This document shows positions 59,352-64,000 of a DNA stretch of 64,000 nucleotides, piece by piece (the stretch's first letter is position 1; the number at the start of each line of letters is the position of its first letter). Made by a program: the position numbers and the translations under genes. The DNA comes from an uncultured Roseburia sp. (GTDB lineage: Bacteria > Bacillota > Clostridia > Lachnospirales > Lachnospiraceae), in assembly GCA_900542495.1 (NCBI GenBank), contig UQNW01000002.1:159469-223468 (forward strand), written 5' to 3'. A model generated the notes under the pieces. It saw nothing but the letters and a program-made list of their open reading frames with translations. It had not been told where the DNA came from and ran no database searches.

Positions 59352-59969
59352 TTAAAATGCCTGCCTGAGTTTTTCAATTGCACGCTTTTCGATTCTTGAG
59401 ACATAGGAACGCGAAATGCCAAGCTTTCTTGCAATCTCCCGCTGCGTCATTGTTTTTTTCTCATAAAGACCGTATCGGTTTATGATGATGAACAGTTCCC
59501 TGCCGGACAACGTCTGTGGGATTACCTCGTTCAAACGCCTTACTTTCCGATCCTGCTCCATGAGTTCTACAATATCCTCATCCTCGCTGATCACAACGTC
59601 CAAAAGCTGGATCTGGTTGCCCTCTTTATCTGTTCCGATCGGTTCATACAGAGAAACTTCCCGCGATGTTTTCTTTTTTGCCCGGAAGTACATGAGAAGT
59701 TCATTGTCGATACATCTTGCCGCATAGGTAGCCAGTCTGCTTCCATAATCCTCTTTATAAGTTCCAACTGCTTTGATCAGTCCAATGGTTCCGATTGAGA
59801 TCAGATCCTCCATTTCGTCCTCCGGGCTCTGATATTTTTTTGCCACGTGGGCAACCAGACGCATGTTGCGCTCAATCAGCTCGTTTCTCGCCTCAAGGTC
59901 ACCATTTTTCATTTTCTTTAAGCATTCGCTTTCCTGTTCCCATGTCAGGGGAGATAAAAATGTTTTCAA
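59352..59969 (-). CDS. Sporulation-type sigma factor of the SigK/SigE family, lacking an N-terminal pro-sequence
   Basis: High similarity to recalled B. subtilis SigK/SigE region 2 and region 4 segments (DLISIGTIGLIKAV, LATYAARCIDNELLMYFR, EPIGTDKEGNQIQLLDV, REIARKLGISRSYVSRIEKRAIEKL). Only 205 aa. Confidence 0.6.
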   Translation of the reverse strand: MKTFLSPLTWEQESECLKKMKNGDLEARNELIERNMRLVAHVAKKYQSPEDEMEDLISIGTIGLIKAVGTYKEDYGSRLATYAARCIDNELLMYFRAKKKTSREVSLYEPIGTDKEGNQIQLLDVVISEDEDIVELMEQDRKVRRLNEVIPQTLSGRELFIIINRYGLYEKKTMTQREIARKLGISRSYVSRIEKRAIEKLRQAF

Positions 59970-60292
59970 AACGCACCTTAAAAGCTTTCTTGATACATCT
60001 TATGATTTGGGCAAGTTGTCTGTGCTTTTCCCCTTTTTTATTTTTGGTTTAAAAAAAGTTTTTAGGGTGTGAAACGGGTGTGAGGATTTAACAGAATTTT
60101 CGAAGAACTTTATAATCAGCAACTTACAAAAATAAAGGTTTACGTGGAATGCCTGCGTTTTCTTATGCAATATTGCAATAGCTGACAGGCTAAAAAACAA
60201 AGATTTTCCGGATAGGCACTACTGAATAAATATTTATGATATAATAAGACTGCTGACTGAACTATTTATAATACATTTTAAGGAAAACTACC

Positions 60293-61189
60293 ATGAAACG
60301 AGATTTAGAATATAGAATAACAAGCGCGGATGAAGGATTAACGATTTCAGATTTTTTGAAGAAGCAGGGATTTTCCCATGCGGTGATCGTACAGTTGAAG
60401 AAGATTACGGAAGGCATTGTTTTAAATGGAAAATGGGAATATATGAATACAAGGCTTAAAGAGGGAGATTGTCTTTTGATCCATTTTGAAGAGACGGAAG
60501 GCTCTGAAAATATTGTTGCCACTAAGATTCCTCTTTCGATCTGTTATGAGGATGAAGATATTCTTGTGGTGAATAAGCCGGCTGATATGCCGATCCACCC
60601 TTCCATGAACAATTATGATAACACGCTCGCTAACGCTGTCTGTCATTATTATGAAAAACAGGGGATTCCCTATGTGTTCCGCTGCGTCAACCGGTTAGAC
60701 CGTGACACGACCGGGCTTACGATCCTTGCAAAACATCTGATCAGTTCTGCAATTTTGAACAGCGAAGTGTCAGTTCGTGGTATCAGCCGGGAATATCTGG
60801 CGATTGTGAAAGGTTTCACAGAGGAAAGCGGAACGATTGACGCTCCGATTGGAAGAAAAGAAGGTTCTACGATTGAGCGGCAGATTGATACGCTTCACGG
60901 TGAAACTGCGATCACACATTACAAACGGCTCGCCTACAAAGATGGTCTTTCGCTGCTCTCCTTAAAATTAGAGACCGGGCGCACACACCAGATCCGTGTT
61001 CATATGAAGTCGATCGGTCACCCTCTGATCGGTGATTTTTTATATTATCCTGATTTTACAAAGATAAACAGACAGGCTCTGCACTCTTACAGGCTTCGCT
61101 TTCATCATCCGATCACAAAGGAGCCTCTCGTATTCACTGCTCCTTTACCGGAAGATATGCAGGCTCTTTTTTCTGAAATTCATTTATAA
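60293..61189 (+). CDS. RluA-family 23S rRNA/tRNA pseudouridine synthase (RluD-like, with N-terminal S4-like domain)
   Basis: Catalytic motif HRLDRDTTGL and the downstream GRTHQIRVH motif. Confidence 0.8.
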   Translation: MKRDLEYRITSADEGLTISDFLKKQGFSHAVIVQLKKITEGIVLNGKWEYMNTRLKEGDCLLIHFEETEGSENIVATKIPLSICYEDEDILVVNKPADMPIHPSMNNYDNTLANAVCHYYEKQGIPYVFRCVNRLDRDTTGLTILAKHLISSAILNSEVSVRGISREYLAIVKGFTEESGTIDAPIGRKEGSTIERQIDTLHGETAITHYKRLAYKDGLSLLSLKLETGRTHQIRVHMKSIGHPLIGDFLYYPDFTKINRQALHSYRLRFHHPITKEPLVFTAPLPEDMQALFSEIHL

Positions 61190-61777
61190 AATTTGCTCTT
61201 TTAAGCGCAGCAGCGGTTCTTTCTCATAAGGAATCTTATGGGAGAGAACTTCCTCACGGATAAACTGGTTTGTCGCCTTCTCGCCCTTTTTTGCAAGCAT
61301 TTCTAACAGAAGTTCTAACAGGGCTCTGGTATCATCATGAAGCATATGAAATTCCCTGCCGTTCATGTAATACTTTAACGCACTGTCATCCCGGTATTTT
61401 TCTTTCTGATAATTTTTCGATGCCGCCACACGGTCAATATACATCTCCACCACATAGTTGACCGGTATTTTCATTCCGCACAGTCCTTTATGCGGTCCCT
61501 CTTTATCCGGCACGCCATAATCGATCCAATACTCTAAATGGTGCTTGTTTCTGCCTTTGTGATGCAGCCACGCCGAGGAATATCCGACCGCCTCACGCTC
61601 TGCATTGTTCGGGCTCATGTTCCCCTGATAATATTTACATCCAACGATAAATTCGGTCGGACTGTATTTTGAAAGATCATGGAGCAGTCCCTGCCTGATC
61701 AGTCCAACCTGAAAACAGCCCTTCATCACCAGCATTTTATGATGATTGATTGTACAAAAATGTTTCCAAATATGCAT
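61184..61777 (-). CDS. Hypothetical His-rich protein (possible metal-dependent hydrolase)
   Basis: 197 aa with HDLSKY, HHKGRNKHHLEYW and HMLHDD clusters. No confident family assignment. Confidence 0.35.
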   Translation of the reverse strand: MHIWKHFCTINHHKMLVMKGCFQVGLIRQGLLHDLSKYSPTEFIVGCKYYQGNMSPNNAEREAVGYSSAWLHHKGRNKHHLEYWIDYGVPDKEGPHKGLCGMKIPVNYVVEMYIDRVAASKNYQKEKYRDDSALKYYMNGREFHMLHDDTRALLELLLEMLAKKGEKATNQFIREEVLSHKIPYEKEPLLRLKEQIL

Positions 61778-61790
61778 TTTATCTAACTTC

Positions 61791-63665
61791 CTATTTTCCT
61801 AATAATACTACTACAGACTGCGGACGCACCGTAATTCTGTGCTGGTTTTCTGCCAGTTTTTCAACCGGGAGAAATGCCTGTTCCTGCTCTGCGGTATCCA
61901 TGATTATGTACCATTTCTTCTTTTCCGCAAGCTTTGGAAGTGCAAGTTCATTCACACCGGTATGGAAATTGTAGCCGATATAAACCATATCATCCGGCTC
62001 ACCCGAAGGCTGATTCATGTAATCGCCGCAGTACATAACGCCAAATGCTCCTTTTTCTTCCGGGAATCCGGCTACCCACGCATTGTCCGAATGATACGAC
62101 AGATCCGGACAGCCTTTGTGTTTGTAATCGTTCAAATGCATCGGCTCCTCTTTGCGAAGGATTGGATGCAATCTGCGGAATGCAGCAAGCTTTGTCACAA
62201 ACTCCTGTAACTGCTCCATTCCTGCAACATGTTTCCAGTTCACCCAACCGGTCTTATTATCCTGACAATAGGCATTGTTATTTCCCTGCTGGGAATTTAA
62301 GGCTTCATCTCCTGCAAGCAAAAGTGGAACCCCCTGCGCAAAAAACAGCATGGAAAGCGCCATATATAAGTGTTTCCGGCGCAGTTCCCTGACATATTTT
62401 TTCGATGTTTTTCCCTCTGCACCACAGTTCATGCTGAAATTATAATTGGAACCATCTGCATTTTCTTCCCCATTTGCCTCGTTATGCTTCTCACAGTACG
62501 AAAAAAGGTCTGCGAGCGTAAATCCATTATTGTTTGCGACAAAATTAACAAACCCAACGGTCGCATTCTGTTTCTTCTGCTGATTGCAAAATTCGAACAG
62601 ACTGCCCCCCTGATGATTCAACAGTTTTCTTGCAGTATAAAGATATTCCTCGTTGTATACGAACAGATGCGGGTAATTCTCTTTTTCTTTCCAGAGCTGT
62701 TCCGGAATATACGGATAAAAAATCTTGCTCCTGCGCAAAAATAAATCCTGTGCAATCGCAGTGATCGGCACATTGTCTCCAATCAGATGAAAACCGTCTA
62801 CACGGAATTCCGTCGCCCAGTAACGGAGCGCATCTAAAATCAGATTCTGGTTTTCCTCCTGCTCAAAATACATCTCAAGCACACATTCTATCTGATTCTG
62901 ATGCAGTGTATCGATCAGGTGTTTCAGCTCCTGCGCTACATTCTTACTACAGCTGTATGACGCCTTCGGGGCAAAATAAAATCCTTTTGTGTAGCCCCAG
63001 TAGTTCACTTTCGGATGCTCTGCTTCAGTATCAGGGAGCGTCTCATTGTAAGCAGTGTTATCCTGCGGTATGTATCCCGGAAGCTTCTGTTTTTTCGGAA
63101 TCTCCATTTCCTCAAACTCATAGAGCGGCATAAACTCCACCGTTGTCACTCCAAGTGCTTTTAAGTATGGAATCTGGTCTTCCACCGCCAAAAATGTGCC
63201 GCGCATCTTCCCTTTTTTCCCGGAATCCATGGAAAAACCACGGACATGAAGCTTGTACATGAACATTTCGTTTTTCGGAATTTCCGGGCAGCCTGCACTC
63301 TGCCATTCATAAGCGGATTCCTCGAAGCTTCCGCAGATCAGATACTCTTTATCTGCTCTTTTTACATCATTCCACTTTTCTCTGCCTGCAATCTTCTTCG
63401 CATAGGCATCCGTGATCACTTCCCCATTGATCTCATAATTGTAAAACAGGTTCTTTGTCTTCAACCCTTGTATACAGATTGAACGCACTGCCCCTCTGCA
63501 AAATGCAGCCGGAGCTTCCACTCTGTCGGCGACATGTAAGGATCTGTCATATAATATGACTGCACACACATCCTCTTTTTCCCCTGCAAAAGTAAAGATC
63601 ACACCGTCTTTTACTTCCTGCAAACCAAATTTTAAGTAATTTCCTTCTGTCACCGTATAATTCAT
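61791..63665 (-). CDS. GH13 glycogen-debranching/pullulanase-like protein, probably catalytically inactive
   Basis: N-terminal E-set/CBM48-like region. GlgX-like YWGY...YFAPK motif. GH13 regions I-IV are recognisable but their catalytic residues are substituted: EMYFEQ for DVVYNH, VDGFHLIGD for VDGFRFD, IAQD for AEPWD, NFVANNNGFTL for NFVTAHDGFTL. Start set at MNYTV (63665) with a GGTGG RBS. The ORF track extends to 63770. Confidence 0.6.
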   Translation of the reverse strand: MNYTVTEGNYLKFGLQEVKDGVIFTFAGEKEDVCAVILYDRSLHVADRVEAPAAFCRGAVRSICIQGLKTKNLFYNYEINGEVITDAYAKKIAGREKWNDVKRADKEYLICGSFEESAYEWQSAGCPEIPKNEMFMYKLHVRGFSMDSGKKGKMRGTFLAVEDQIPYLKALGVTTVEFMPLYEFEEMEIPKKQKLPGYIPQDNTAYNETLPDTEAEHPKVNYWGYTKGFYFAPKASYSCSKNVAQELKHLIDTLHQNQIECVLEMYFEQEENQNLILDALRYWATEFRVDGFHLIGDNVPITAIAQDLFLRRSKIFYPYIPEQLWKEKENYPHLFVYNEEYLYTARKLLNHQGGSLFEFCNQQKKQNATVGFVNFVANNNGFTLADLFSYCEKHNEANGEENADGSNYNFSMNCGAEGKTSKKYVRELRRKHLYMALSMLFFAQGVPLLLAGDEALNSQQGNNNAYCQDNKTGWVNWKHVAGMEQLQEFVTKLAAFRRLHPILRKEEPMHLNDYKHKGCPDLSYHSDNAWVAGFPEEKGAFGVMYCGDYMNQPSGEPDDMVYIGYNFHTGVNELALPKLAEKKKWYIIMDTAEQEQAFLPVEKLAENQHRITVRPQSVVVLLGK

Positions 63666-63839
63666 TCTGCCACCAGCCTTGTATTTTTTCAATTTTCTTA
63701 CGACATATAATATTATTATACCTTTAACCGATAATTTTGTATAGAAGAATGTTTTTGTATTTCTTTTCATTTTGTTCTACACAACATGAAAATTTTATGC
63801 TAGAATCTTAATACTGAATTTACGATAGAAGGGAAATTT

Positions 63840-64000
63840 ATGAGAATCGTTTCAATCAATAATCTGACTCCCGGTATGGTCATCAGTGAAGATGTCTATT
63901 CTTATCAGGGACAGTGTCTGGCAAAACAAAATACACCTGTTACGTTGCAGTTGATCGAACATCTGAAGTTCTATCAGATTGCTTCCGTCTGTATTTTCCC
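63840..64000 (+). CDS. N-terminus of probable HD-GYP-type c-di-GMP phosphodiesterase (5' partial, runs off window)
   Basis: MRIVSINNLTPGMVISEDVYSYQGQCLAKQNTPVT matches the conserved N-terminal module that I recall preceding many Firmicutes HD-GYP domains. AGGGAAA RBS upstream. Confidence 0.35.
   Translation, partial: MRIVSINNLTPGMVISEDVYSYQGQCLAKQNTPVTLQLIEHLKFYQIASVCIF

Noticed and set aside
1-64000. Scan for CRISPR arrays, IS/transposase or integrase genes, tRNA/rRNA genes, toxin-antitoxin or defence-system gene clusters
   Set aside because: None were seen. The repeats present are intragenic coding repeats (flgD, fliY, the T/E-rich linker gene) and the gene content is housekeeping plus motility, so no mobile or defence island is claimed.

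Overview
This 64-kb window looks like core chromosome of a low-GC (~42% by eye) Firmicutes/Clostridia genome, possibly Lachnospiraceae-like. Almost all genes lie on the minus strand. The central feature is a ~33-kb flagellar/chemotaxis (fla/che) mega-operon (about 53.3 kb down to 20.1 kb) with a strongly Bacillus-like gene order: flgB-flgC-fliE-fliF-fliG-fliH-fliI-fliJ-ylxF-like-fliK-flgD-(TIGR02530-like)-flgE-flbD-motA-motB-fliL-fliM-fliY-cheY-fliO/Z-fliP-fliQ-fliR-flhB-flhA-flhF-flhG-PilZ(YcgR-like)-cheB-cheA-cheW-cheC-cheD-small membrane ORF-fliA(sigD)-small ORF-swrB-like-membrane ORF. The flanks match B. subtilis as well. Upstream are comM/yifB-dprA-topA-codY. Downstream are rpsB-tsf-[MCP, polysaccharide deacetylase, bactofilin]-pyrH-frr-uppS-cdsA-dxr-rseP-ispG-polC. 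Beyond polC are a DUF5050 lipoprotein, pheA (chorismate mutase/prephenate dehydratase) and a truncated DUF815 ATPase. The right end carries a SigK/SigE-family sigma factor, an RluA-family pseudouridine synthase, a His-rich hypothetical, a GH13 debranching-enzyme homolog whose catalytic residues appear substituted, and the N-terminus of a probable HD-GYP protein. I found no rRNA, tRNA, CRISPR array, transposase, integrase or recognisable defence island, so the window is not an obvious accessory region. The items worth a second look are lineage-specific insertions and variants inside the otherwise conserved synteny: a c-di-GMP PilZ brake inside the operon, an FlgD with a repeat-bearing C-terminal extension, a bactofilin/deacetylase/MCP insertion between tsf and pyrH, uncharacterised small genes around fliA, and the apparently catalytically dead GH13 protein. 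All functional calls rest on recognising motifs by eye and recalling reference sequences and motifs from memory, not on database searches.
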